Positions 9,517 to 20,608 of a DNA stretch of 64,000 bases are shown here, piece after piece (the first letter of the stretch is position 1; every line of letters begins with the position of its first letter). The position numbers and the translations under genes are program-made. Location of the stretch: NCBI GenBank assembly GCA_023247725.1, contig JAHFFW010000008.1, positions 7,359-71,358 on the forward strand, written 5' to 3'. Under the pieces are notes generated by a model that worked only from the letters and a program-made list of their open reading frames with translations, ran no database searches and was not told the DNA's origin. The stretch comes from Candidatus Omnitrophota bacterium. GTDB lineage: Bacteria; Omnitrophota; Gorgyraeia; Zapsychrales; JAHFFX01.

Positions 9517-10659
9517 ATGAAAAGAAATTTGCTTTTAACTCCTGGACCCACGCAATTGCCAGCGAGGATCTGCCAGGTTTTGGGTGAACCGATCATCCAT
9601 CATCGCACCCCGCAGTTTCAGGGGGTGCTCAAAGAAGTCACCGAAGGCCTGCAATACGTTTTTCAGACAAAGAATGACGTTTTGATTCTAACCTCGTCGG
9701 GAACCGGAGGAATGGAAGCGGCGGTGAGCAATTTTCTGTCACCCCATGATCAAGTGATTGTCCTTGAGGGCGGCAAATTCGGGGAGCGCTGGACCGAGCT
9801 GTGCCAGATGTATGGCATCAAAGCGCATGTCATCAAAGTTCCATGGGGGAAAGCGGGCGCGGTTTCTGATATCAAAAAAATTCTCGGTGCACAAAAAGAA
9901 ATCAAGGCCCTCTTCGTTACCTTGGTTGAAACCTCGACGGGGGTAACCACGGACGTTCGCGCCATCGGCGAAGCGCTCTCCGGCACCAATGTCATTCTCG
10001 TGGTCGATGCCATCAGCGGTTTGGGTGCGGTCGAATTGCGAACCGATGAATGGAACGTGGATGTGGTTGTTGCTGGTTCGCAGAAGGGACTGATGCTGCC
10101 TCCGGGCCTGGCCTTTGTCAGTGTGAGCCCCAAGGCCTGGGCCTTGGCGGAGAAATCCACCTGCCCCAAATATTATTTCCATCTGAAAGCGGCGAAGAAG
10201 GCGGCCCAGAAAACCGACACGCCTTTTACTCCGGCCATCGGCATCATCATGGCGCTCAATGAAAGTCTGCTTCTCATAAAAAATGAAGGCATTGAAAAGC
10301 TTTGGGCCCGTTATGCCAGATTGGCGCAAGGGACTCGCGCCGCTGCCAGAGCCATGGGATTGTCTTTATATGCTGACCCGGCGTGTGCCTCGCATGCCGT
10401 AACCGCCATCCAAGTTCCTTCCGGTATCGACGGAGAAAAACTCACGAAGATCATGCGCGACACCTATGGGGTTACGATCGCCGGCGGGCAAGAGGAACTC
10501 AAAGGCAAAATCGTCCGGATCTGTCAGATGGGCTGTGTCGATGAATTTGATATCCTGACGGGAATCGCGTGCCTGGAAAAGGTTTTGCATGAGATGGGCC
10601 ACCAGTTCACGCTGGGATCAGGCCTGGCCGCGGCGCAAAAAATTTATAATCAAAAATAA
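9517..10659 (+). CDS. Class V PLP-dependent aminotransferase (alanine-glyoxylate/serine-pyruvate family; probable phosphoserine aminotransferase role)
   Basis: LLTPGPT, ETSTG, VVDAIS, GSQKGLMLPPG, TPFTP; adjacent to serA. Confidence 0.9.
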   Translation: MKRNLLLTPGPTQLPARICQVLGEPIIHHRTPQFQGVLKEVTEGLQYVFQTKNDVLILTSSGTGGMEAAVSNFLSPHDQVIVLEGGKFGERWTELCQMYGIKAHVIKVPWGKAGAVSDIKKILGAQKEIKALFVTLVETSTGVTTDVRAIGEALSGTNVILVVDAISGLGAVELRTDEWNVDVVVAGSQKGLMLPPGLAFVSVSPKAWALAEKSTCPKYYFHLKAAKKAAQKTDTPFTPAIGIIMALNESLLLIKNEGIEKLWARYARLAQGTRAAARAMGLSLYADPACASHAVTAIQVPSGIDGEKLTKIMRDTYGVTIAGGQEELKGKIVRICQMGCVDEFDILTGIACLEKVLHEMGHQFTLGSGLAAAQKIYNQK

Positions 10660-10677
10660 TTATTGGAGTCATCCTTC

Positions 10678-12261
10678 ATGAAGATTTTGATTAGCGACAA
10701 ATTGGCGCAGGAAGGAATCAATATCCTCAAATCGGTTAAAGAATTCGAGGTGGACAGTCGGAGCGGGATGAAACCCGAGGAGCTTAAAGGCATTATCAAA
10801 AACTACGATGCCTTGATCATCCGTTCCGAGACCAATGTGACGGCCGACATCATCGAACAAGCCGACCGATTGAAGGTGATCGGCCGAGCCGGGGTCGGCC
10901 TGGATAATGTGGACTTAAAGGCCGCGACCAAGAAAGGCATCGTGGCCATGAACACGCCCGCCGGAAACACGACATCGACGGCCGAACACACCATGAGTCT
11001 CATCCTGGCCTTATCGCGCAATATTCCTGCGGCCTGTGCTTCCTTAAAAAGCGGCAAGTGGGAACGCTCGAAATTCACCGGCGTTGAACTCTACGGAAAA
11101 ATTTTAGGGATTATCGGCTTGGGACGCATTGGCTCGACGGTTGCCCGCATGGCCAAATCCTTTGGGATGAAAATCATTGCTTATGATCCGTATCTATCAA
11201 TGGAGGTTGCCGGCAAAATGGGAATTGATATGATGGAATTTGCCGATGTTTTGCAGGAAGCGGATTATATCACTATTCATGTCCCCAAAAGTCATGAGAC
11301 CAAAAGCCTCATCGGCGAAAAGGAATTTGGATTGATGAAAAAGACGGCCCGGGTTATTAACTGCGCCCGCGGCGGTATCATTGACGAAAAGGCATTAGCG
11401 CAGGCCTTGGCCGAAGAACGAATCGCCGGCTGTGCGTTGGATGTTTATGAAAAGGAGCCTTTGGCCGCGGATCATCCCTTGCTCAAATTTGACAATTGCG
11501 TGGTGACTCCGCATCTGGGAGCCTCAACGTCCGAAGCCCAGATCAATGTCGCCATTGAGATCGCCGAGTGTGTCCGTAATGCCCTTCTGGGCCGAGGCAT
11601 TATCAATGCTGTCAATTTCCCGTCGGTCTCCGCACAAGAGTATAAAATTTTAGAACCCTATATTTCTCTGGGAGAACGCATGGGCAAATTCGCCGGTCAA
11701 TTGGTGAACGGACGCATTCAAGGAATCCGAATCACCTACAGCGGTCCGGTCACGAACCAGAAATTGGCGCCCGTCACCATGGCGCTCGTCTTTGGCGTTC
11801 TTTCCCCCATTTTGGGAGAAACGATTAATCTCATCAATTCGGTCGATTGCGCCCGCGAACGCGGAATCAAGGTTGAGGAAATCATTTCTACCCAAGAAGA
11901 AGAATTTTTAAACCTGGTGAGTCTGGAGGTCATTTCCGACAAAGAAACTTTTTCGTTGTGGGGAACCCTGAGCGCCAACAATAAACCGCGCATCGTGAAG
12001 GTCAATAAAATTTATGTCGAGGCGATTCCCGAGGGGCATATGCTTTTCATTAATAATCATGACCGGCCGGGAATTGTGGGGGCTGTTGGCACGATCCTCG
12101 CTGCGGCACAGATTAACATTGGCAGCATCAGTTTTGGCCGGGAAGAGCAGGGAGGGCTCGTCGTCAGCGTTGTCAACGTTGACAGCGAAGTGCCGACTCA
12201 AACGATCGAACAGCTTAAAAAAACCAAAGATATCCTGTTTGTGAAACCGATTAAGGTATAA
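10678..12261 (+). CDS. serA: D-3-phosphoglycerate dehydrogenase (long form with ASB/ACT domains)
   Basis: GRAGVGLDNVD, GLGRIG, NCARGG, TPHLGAST, ACT DRPGIVG; GGAG RBS before ATG 10678. Confidence 0.96.
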   Translation: MKILISDKLAQEGINILKSVKEFEVDSRSGMKPEELKGIIKNYDALIIRSETNVTADIIEQADRLKVIGRAGVGLDNVDLKAATKKGIVAMNTPAGNTTSTAEHTMSLILALSRNIPAACASLKSGKWERSKFTGVELYGKILGIIGLGRIGSTVARMAKSFGMKIIAYDPYLSMEVAGKMGIDMMEFADVLQEADYITIHVPKSHETKSLIGEKEFGLMKKTARVINCARGGIIDEKALAQALAEERIAGCALDVYEKEPLAADHPLLKFDNCVVTPHLGASTSEAQINVAIEIAECVRNALLGRGIINAVNFPSVSAQEYKILEPYISLGERMGKFAGQLVNGRIQGIRITYSGPVTNQKLAPVTMALVFGVLSPILGETINLINSVDCARERGIKVEEIISTQEEEFLNLVSLEVISDKETFSLWGTLSANNKPRIVKVNKIYVEAIPEGHMLFINNHDRPGIVGAVGTILAAAQINIGSISFGREEQGGLVVSVVNVDSEVPTQTIEQLKKTKDILFVKPIKV

Positions 12262-12274
12262 CCTTAAGGCTCTT

Positions 12275-13066
12275 TTGTCTATGCCGCTTATCCATTCACC
12301 ACAATCACCACAACGATCTCGGGACTCGCGGCATTTTGTGATTTTTGGTCCCTTGCCATTTTTTTGGTTTGGATTGGAAGACAGTCTCAATCCTCTGGCC
12401 CTGACCACGATTTCTTTTGTCATCCTGGGGCTTTTGTTTTTACGAAAAAATTCCCGGGAAATTTTTTCTTCGGGGATCCTCATCGGATTGTCGCTGGCGC
12501 TCATGGTGTTTTGGGTGAAAATGAATTGGCTTGACGATTATATTGATACCGTGATTTATTACCGCCTCACCCAATTGACTTATTTTGTTGCCGCCTTGAT
12601 GGCGTTCGTCATCGGGGGGTTGAATTTTTACGATTGGTGGATGCTGCGCCGCTATCCGACGAGCCATAAAGCAATTTTTGCCTTGCCAACGTTTGCCCCT
12701 ACGTCTGGCTACCAACCCTGGTTTGTCTGGAGTCTGCTTGCGGTTTCCTCGATTGCCCTGGGGCTTTTTCTGGGATTGATGCAATCCGTATATCCTTCTT
12801 CACCATATCTGCAAGGGATGATCAGCACTTTATTGGTTCATCGGCTGCGGATGGAATTGCAAATTTATGTTGCCGTTTATAGCATTGCCCTCATTTTGCC
12901 TTTCCTGGGGATGGTTTGGGTGTCCTCCAAACTCTTTGATTCAAAACCATTCCAGTTATTTTTTTTCCGCCGACCCAGCCTCATCCGAGCAGTTTCCTCG
13001 GCGGTATTCTTTTCTCTTGGGGTCGGATTGATTTATCTTTTGAACCAGCCTTTCTTGGGAGGATAG
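12275..13066 (+). CDS. Polytopic membrane protein, CcdA/DsbD-beta-like but lacking cysteines
   Basis: About 6 hydrophobic segments; GLEDSLNPLA resembles G..D..NPCA; no Cys in the translation. Confidence 0.55.
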   Translation: MSMPLIHSPQSPQRSRDSRHFVIFGPLPFFWFGLEDSLNPLALTTISFVILGLLFLRKNSREIFSSGILIGLSLALMVFWVKMNWLDDYIDTVIYYRLTQLTYFVAALMAFVIGGLNFYDWWMLRRYPTSHKAIFALPTFAPTSGYQPWFVWSLLAVSSIALGLFLGLMQSVYPSSPYLQGMISTLLVHRLRMELQIYVAVYSIALILPFLGMVWVSSKLFDSKPFQLFFFRRPSLIRAVSSAVFFSLGVGLIYLLNQPFLGG

Positions 13067-13067
13067 G

Positions 13068-15274
<2,207 letters not shown>

Positions 15275-15354
15275 ATATACGATATGTTCGCTCTTCAAAA
15301 GTCCCCCAAGTCTATATCTTTTTGCCGATCAAGTGGTTTTGCTTGGAAAAAGCC

Positions 15355-15383
15355 TTGACTTTGATATACCCCTATGTTAATTT
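15355..15383 (+). promoter_or_regulatory. Candidate sigma70 promoter for the OmpA/MotB lipoprotein gene
   Basis: TTGACT-N17-TAATTT with TGn extended -10. Confidence 0.5.
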
Positions 15384-15407
15384 GGGTTCATCAAAATGGA
15401 GGAACAA

Positions 15408-16133
15408 ATGTCGTCTAGGAATTTCCTTTTGTTCTGCTACGCAAAACTAATAGAATTGTTAGTTTTGCTTCGCAGCAATATTCTAGAGAAGAATAATTGC
15501 TGCGAAGCAAAAGAACCAGTTCAATTACTTTTGCGAAGGAGAATAGGTTTTCTGACTTTATCAGTTTTTTTATGGATGAATGCCAGTGGATGCACCATCA
15601 TTTATCAAAAGGGCCGCCGCAGCGATATTGAAAAAATTTTTCAGCTCAAGGGCGAATTAAGCGACTTGGAACGGGCCAAGGCCGAACTGGAAGAGAGGCT
15701 CAAAAAGGAAATCCAGGATAAGGAAGTCAAGGTCGAAATGATGGACCGGGGACTCGTCATCACCTTCGTCGCCGAAGTCCTTTTTGATTCGGGTAAGGCG
15801 CAACTGCGCAATGACTCGCTGGGAAAATTGGACAAGGTCGCGGATGTCCTGCAAACCACCGTCAAGGATCTCTCGATTGGAATCGAAGGCCATACCGATA
15901 ATCAGCCCATCAAGCACTCTGGTTGGACTTCCAACTGGGAATTATCATCGGCTCGGGCCATGAGTGTTTTGCATTACATGGCTGACAATGCCAAAATCAA
16001 TCCATCTCGACTTTCGGCCACTGGCTACGGCGAGTATCGGCCGGTTGCCTCCAACGCTACCGCCGAAGGCCGCCAAAAAAATCGACGGGTGGAAATTGTG
16101 ATTTTGCCTAAAACGAACGTGGAAAAGCCTTAA
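15408..16133 (+). CDS. OmpA/MotB-family peptidoglycan-binding lipoprotein with an in-frame palindromic insertion in its signal peptide
   Basis: GGAGG RBS at 15398; lipobox ASG-C; coiled coil; LFDSGKA, EGHTD, NWELSSARA, NRRVEI. Confidence 0.88.
   Translation: MSSRNFLLFCYAKLIELLVLLRSNILEKNNCCEAKEPVQLLLRRRIGFLTLSVFLWMNASGCTIIYQKGRRSDIEKIFQLKGELSDLERAKAELEERLKKEIQDKEVKVEMMDRGLVITFVAEVLFDSGKAQLRNDSLGKLDKVADVLQTTVKDLSIGIEGHTDNQPIKHSGWTSNWELSSARAMSVLHYMADNAKINPSRLSATGYGEYRPVASNATAEGRQKNRRVEIVILPKTNVEKP
15429..15546. repeat. Dispersed palindromic element, copy 1 (in frame within a CDS)
   Basis: Imperfect terminal IR ttctgctacgcaaaa/ttttgcgaaggagaa; perfect internal 17-bp IR 15463-15479/15496-15512; homologous to 29125-29290. 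Confidence 0.85.
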
Positions 16134-16185
16134 TCGGGAGCCGAATAACATGACCCAAAAACGGAGGGATCCGGTGAGTGACACC

Positions 16186-16587
16186 ATGAAAAACCTTATT
16201 CTTTTGGCTGCGGTGGTATTGACCGTGGGCAGTTGCTTGATGGCCATTGGTTCTAATGAGTCCGCCCGTAAGATTCAACAAGGTCTGGATTTGGAGCGTT
16301 ACAATCGGATGGAAGTGGAAGAGAAATTAGAGAAGGCGGCGGGCAAAATTGCTTCTTTGGAAGGCGAACTGCAAAAGACTACGGAAAAAATTGTCAGCAT
16401 TCAGGCGGTCATGCAGCAGGGGCAATCCACCAATTCCAATCTCCAAGAACAGTTGGAGGCCATCGCCCAGTTGAAACAATCCCTCGAACAGAAATTGGAT
16501 CAGGTGCAGAAGGCGCAAGCCGCGCAGACCGCCGTCGTGAGCCTGCCGGCGGTGGGGGCAACCGTGGCTCCTTTGCCGGCGCAGTAA
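16186..16587 (+). CDS. Membrane-anchored coiled-coil hypothetical protein
   Basis: N-terminal hydrophobic helix followed by a heptad-rich Q/E/K/L sequence. Confidence 0.7.
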   Translation: MKNLILLAAVVLTVGSCLMAIGSNESARKIQQGLDLERYNRMEVEEKLEKAAGKIASLEGELQKTTEKIVSIQAVMQQGQSTNSNLQEQLEAIAQLKQSLEQKLDQVQKAQAAQTAVVSLPAVGATVAPLPAQ

Positions 16588-16660
16588 AAGAGCAAAGGGA
16601 CTTTTACGCGAATCTCTTTTCCAAAATAAATCACCGATCGTGATGCGTTAAGGATTTGCG

Positions 16661-16691
16661 AATGGGGGATCAACAATCCCCCATTTTTCTT
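16661..16691 (+). terminator. Probable intrinsic terminator
   Basis: aatgggggat-caaca-atcccccatt stem followed by a T-rich tract. Confidence 0.7.
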
Positions 16692-16736
16692 AGTCAAAAA
16701 ATTTGCTGGAAGCGGGTTTTACCAAAAACAAATAAT

Positions 16737-17459
16737 ATGAATTCTGACCGATTGCCACAACATGTCGCTATCATTATGGACGGCAATGGCCGTTGGGCGC
16801 AGAAGCGCAATCAGCCCCGGACGCGCGGTCATTTAGAAGGAGTGAAACGGGTCGAGGAGGTTGTCTCGACCGCGATCGTCATGGGCATCAAGGTCTTGAC
16901 GCTTTTTACCTTCTCGACGGAGAATTGGACCAGGCCCCGCCAAGAAGTTTCCATGCTCATGCGCACCCTCATGACCGTTCTTAACTCGAAGGTGAAAAGC
17001 CTCAACAAACGCAACGTCCGTTTGCAATTCATTGGCCGCATAACCGGAATCCCCGACCAGGTTTTAAAGAGCTTGCACGCCGCAATGGAGCTGACAAAAA
17101 ACAATACCGGACTCATTGTGAATTTGGCCTTCAATTACGGCGGCCGATTGGAAATCCTCGATGCGGTCAAAAGGATCGCCAAAGCCATCACGGAGGGAAG
17201 CCTGACCATCGATCAGATCGATGAAGGGGCCTTTAGCCAGGCCTTGTATACCCGCGATCTGCCCGATCCTGATCTGTTGATTCGCACCTCCGGAGAAAAA
17301 CGGATCAGCAATTTTCTTCTGTGGCAGTTGTCGTATGCCGAATTTTATTTTACCGATAAATTTTGGCCGGAATTTGATGAGAAAGAATTCCGCAAGGCGA
17401 TTGCCGACTACCAAAACCGGGAACGCCGCTACGGAAATGTTTCGGCCAAGTCAGGTTAA
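16737..17459 (+). CDS. uppS: Undecaprenyl diphosphate synthase
   Basis: HVAIIMDGNGRWA, FSTENW, NYGGR, IRTSGE.RISNFLLWQ. Confidence 0.97.
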   Translation: MNSDRLPQHVAIIMDGNGRWAQKRNQPRTRGHLEGVKRVEEVVSTAIVMGIKVLTLFTFSTENWTRPRQEVSMLMRTLMTVLNSKVKSLNKRNVRLQFIGRITGIPDQVLKSLHAAMELTKNNTGLIVNLAFNYGGRLEILDAVKRIAKAITEGSLTIDQIDEGAFSQALYTRDLPDPDLLIRTSGEKRISNFLLWQLSYAEFYFTDKFWPEFDEKEFRKAIADYQNRERRYGNVSAKSG

Positions 17460-17461
17460 AG

Positions 17462-18295
17462 ATGACCAAAGAACGCTTCGTCAGTTCTACGTTTGGCATT
17501 TTAGTAACAACCCTGGCTATTTTCAATGACTGGCTTTTCATCATCGTCATCATGGGCCTGACGATCGGCGGGCTTTATGAGTTCTTTTATTTGATTAAGA
17601 AGAAGGGGATTCCGATTTACAGCTATGTCGGAATTTTTATCGGGATCCTTTTGCCGGCTTCCATTTATACCCGATTCGAATTGACGAAAAAATGGGAGTT
17701 GTTATTCATCCTGGTCGCCTTTCTGTTGATCTTATTAATGCAATTCGCCCGCAAGGACAACAGCAATGCGGTCGTGGGAATAGCAACGACGCTCTTTGGC
17801 ATCCTTTATGTATCGTGGTTTTTCAGCTTTCTGATTAAGATCCGGTTCATCCTTCCGTCTCCCGACGGTTGCGCCAGCCAGGCTGGGATCAACTTGCTGG
17901 GCTTTATTATCCTGGTGACGAAGATGGGCGACATCGGGGCGTTATTGATCGGAAGCCGTTTGGGCAAGCATCCGCTGATACCGCGCATCAGCCCGAATAA
18001 ATCCGTCGAAGGTTGCCTCGGCAGTTTTCTTTTTAGTACAGCCGCGGCGTTGGTGGCAAAACCATTATTGCCGAATATCTTCTCAACGATTCATGTGGCA
18101 TCTCTGGGCGCCTTCTTCGGTGGAATCGGCCAGCTGGGCGATCTTTCGGAATCTTTGATCAAACGCGATTGTCATGTCAAAGATTCAGGGAAGCTTTTGC
18201 CGGGAATGGGTGGGGTGCTGGATATTATTGACAGCCTTTTGTTCACGGCTCCGGCGTTTTATATGTATATCAGCGCGGCTCTGAATTCCGGCTGA
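17462..18295 (+). CDS. cdsA: Phosphatidate cytidylyltransferase
   Basis: ISPNKSVEG, GDLSESLIKR, KDSG..LPG.GGVLD. Confidence 0.95.
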   Translation: MTKERFVSSTFGILVTTLAIFNDWLFIIVIMGLTIGGLYEFFYLIKKKGIPIYSYVGIFIGILLPASIYTRFELTKKWELLFILVAFLLILLMQFARKDNSNAVVGIATTLFGILYVSWFFSFLIKIRFILPSPDGCASQAGINLLGFIILVTKMGDIGALLIGSRLGKHPLIPRISPNKSVEGCLGSFLFSTAAALVAKPLLPNIFSTIHVASLGAFFGGIGQLGDLSESLIKRDCHVKDSGKLLPGMGGVLDIIDSLLFTAPAFYMYISAALNSG

Positions 18296-18331
18296 TCTCT
18301 GCGCTTCAAAGGATATGAGAGCCGAACGTTC

Positions 18332-19480
18332 ATGCGAAAGAGAAAAGTTGTTATCTTAGGATCGACGGGGTCGATCGGCATCAACACCCTCAAAGTCCTT
18401 GACCGTCTGCCGCAAAGATTTGAGGTCGAAGGATTGACGGCCAACAATAATATTGAATTATTGTCGCGGCAGATCAAAAGGTTTAAACCGAAATTTGTTG
18501 CCTGTAATAAAGAAAAAATTGTCGATCGAAAAGGTTTGGGGTTACCCAAAAGAACGCGGTTCTTTGACGTCACTGAAGTTTCCCAGCTCGTCGAATCCTG
18601 CGAGGCGGATATTTTCGTTCTCGCCATTAGCGGTGGGGCCGCGTTGGCGCCCTTTTTGGCCGCGGCCAAAAAGGGCGCCCGGATCGCTCCGGCGAACAAA
18701 GAGGCGCTGGTCATGGCCGGAACGATCATCATGGAAACGACCAAAAAATATGGCGCGACCATTATTCCCATCGACAGCGAGCAAAGCGCCATCTTTCAGT
18801 GTTTGGAAGGCCGAAACCGAAGCGGGTTAAAAAAAATCCTATTGACCGCTTCCGGCGGGCCGTTGAACCGGATGGCCAAATCAAAATTTCCTCGACTGAG
18901 TGTGCAGCAGATTCTCAAACATCCGCGCTGGAAGATGGGGAAAAAAATTACGGTGGATTCGGCGACGCTCATCAATAAGGGTTTTGAGGTGATCGAAGCC
19001 AAGATGCTTTTTGGTTTGGGAACTGAACAGATTGAAGTGGTGATCCATCCCGAGGCGCTGATCCATTCCATGACCGAATTTCAGGATGGGTCTATCCTGG
19101 CGCAGCTGGGAGTCACGGATATGCGTTTACCCATCCAGTATGCCTTGACTTACCCGGATCGGCTGGATTCGGGTTTGCCGGTTATGGATTTTGGTCGGGT
19201 CAGGCAATTGACGTTTGAAACACCCGACGAGCGGCGCTTTCCTTGCCTGGGATTGGCATTTTTCTGTGCCCGTCAGGGCGGCACGCTGCCCTGTGTTCTT
19301 AATGCGGCCGATGAAATCGCCGTGAACGCATTCTTACAGGGAACGATGGATTTTACCGATATTTACACGGTTGTCGAAAAAGTCGTGAACAAGCATCGCA
19401 ATAGACTTAATCCTCAATTGAAGGATATTTTGGCGGCGGACACGTGGGCCAGACAAGCGGCCCGGAACCTGATCAAGTGA
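18332..19480 (+). CDS. dxr: 1-deoxy-D-xylulose-5-phosphate reductoisomerase
   Basis: LGSTGSIG, ANKE, PIDSE, HPRWKMGKKITVDSA, NKGFEVIEA. Confidence 0.97.
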   Translation: MRKRKVVILGSTGSIGINTLKVLDRLPQRFEVEGLTANNNIELLSRQIKRFKPKFVACNKEKIVDRKGLGLPKRTRFFDVTEVSQLVESCEADIFVLAISGGAALAPFLAAAKKGARIAPANKEALVMAGTIIMETTKKYGATIIPIDSEQSAIFQCLEGRNRSGLKKILLTASGGPLNRMAKSKFPRLSVQQILKHPRWKMGKKITVDSATLINKGFEVIEAKMLFGLGTEQIEVVIHPEALIHSMTEFQDGSILAQLGVTDMRLPIQYALTYPDRLDSGLPVMDFGRVRQLTFETPDERRFPCLGLAFFCARQGGTLPCVLNAADEIAVNAFLQGTMDFTDIYTVVEKVVNKHRNRLNPQLKDILAADTWARQAARNLIK

Positions 19481-19487
19481 GGTTGTT

Positions 19488-20576
19488 ATGGATTTTATTA
19501 CCTTTTTTATCGTCCTGAGTATCCTAATCCTCGTGCATGAATTAGGTCATTTCATCGTGGCCAAACGCTGTGGCGTCAAGGTGGAGCGTTTTGCGCTAGG
19601 ATTCGGTCCCAAACTTTTGTCTCGGATTTATGACGGAACGGAATTTGCCTTGTGTCTTATTCCCCTAGGCGGTTATGTGAAAATGGCCGGCGATGAACGC
19701 ACCCAGTGCAAAGGCGAGGCCCAGGAATTTTGTTCCCAGCCCATCGGGCATCGGGCGCTCATCGTTCTCATGGGACCAGTCGTTAATTATGCCTTGGCCT
19801 ACGTTTGTTTAGTTTTGGTTTTTCTCTTAGGATATCCTTGCCTTTCCAATAAAATCGGCGAAGCGATGACGGGCTACCCGGCCGAAACCGCAGGTCTTAA
19901 AACCGGAGATCGGATCCTTCGAATCAATGGCCAACCGATGGATCACTGGGAAGATGTGCAGACATATATTTCCACTTCCCAGACGGATTCATTGGTCGTT
20001 GATGTCCAAAGGGATCATGAGACTTTGTCCTTAACCATCATTCCGCGCAAGGATGTCCTGGAAAATATTTTCGGTCAGAAAGAAAACGTGCGCGTCATAG
20101 GGATTAAACCGACCGACGAAATGATTTTGCTGCGATATGGATTTGGTCAATCCTTGACGAATGCCTTTCACCGTCTGTGGGAGGTCACCTGGATGACCTA
20201 CAAGGCGCTGTATCGGATGATGACCGGCGCAATGAGTCCCAAGGACACCATGACGGGGCCTATCGGAATCTTCTTTATCGTGCAAAAGGCAGCGGCCTTG
20301 GGATTCACCTATCTCGTTTATATCGTCGGAACGATTTCCGCCAGTCTGGCCATTTTCAATCTCTTGCCGTTGCCGGTCTTGGATGGAGGCCATCTCTTGT
20401 TTTTGGGAATTGAAAAAATTCGGGGCCGGGCCCTTTCGCAGAAGACGGATGATGCCATTAACAAAGTCGGCATGAGTCTCATTCTTTGTTTGGCCTTATT
20501 TGTTTTTTATATCGATTTTAAACGTTTTGGCTGGATCGAAAAGATCGTCGGTATTTGGCAGCATTTGGGATTATAA
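19488..20576 (+). CDS. rseP: RIP metalloprotease
   Basis: HELGH, PLGGYV, PDZ domain, NLLPLPVLDGG. Confidence 0.96.
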   Translation: MDFITFFIVLSILILVHELGHFIVAKRCGVKVERFALGFGPKLLSRIYDGTEFALCLIPLGGYVKMAGDERTQCKGEAQEFCSQPIGHRALIVLMGPVVNYALAYVCLVLVFLLGYPCLSNKIGEAMTGYPAETAGLKTGDRILRINGQPMDHWEDVQTYISTSQTDSLVVDVQRDHETLSLTIIPRKDVLENIFGQKENVRVIGIKPTDEMILLRYGFGQSLTNAFHRLWEVTWMTYKALYRMMTGAMSPKDTMTGPIGIFFIVQKAAALGFTYLVYIVGTISASLAIFNLLPLPVLDGGHLLFLGIEKIRGRALSQKTDDAINKVGMSLILCLALFVFYIDFKRFGWIEKIVGIWQHLGL

Positions 20577-20608
20577 AAGGAAGAAAATCGTGGTAAGGAG
20601 AGCGGTTC

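Noticed and set aside
15408-16133. Flagellar stator motB
   Set aside because: No motA, no TM helix with the conserved Asp, and a lipobox is present
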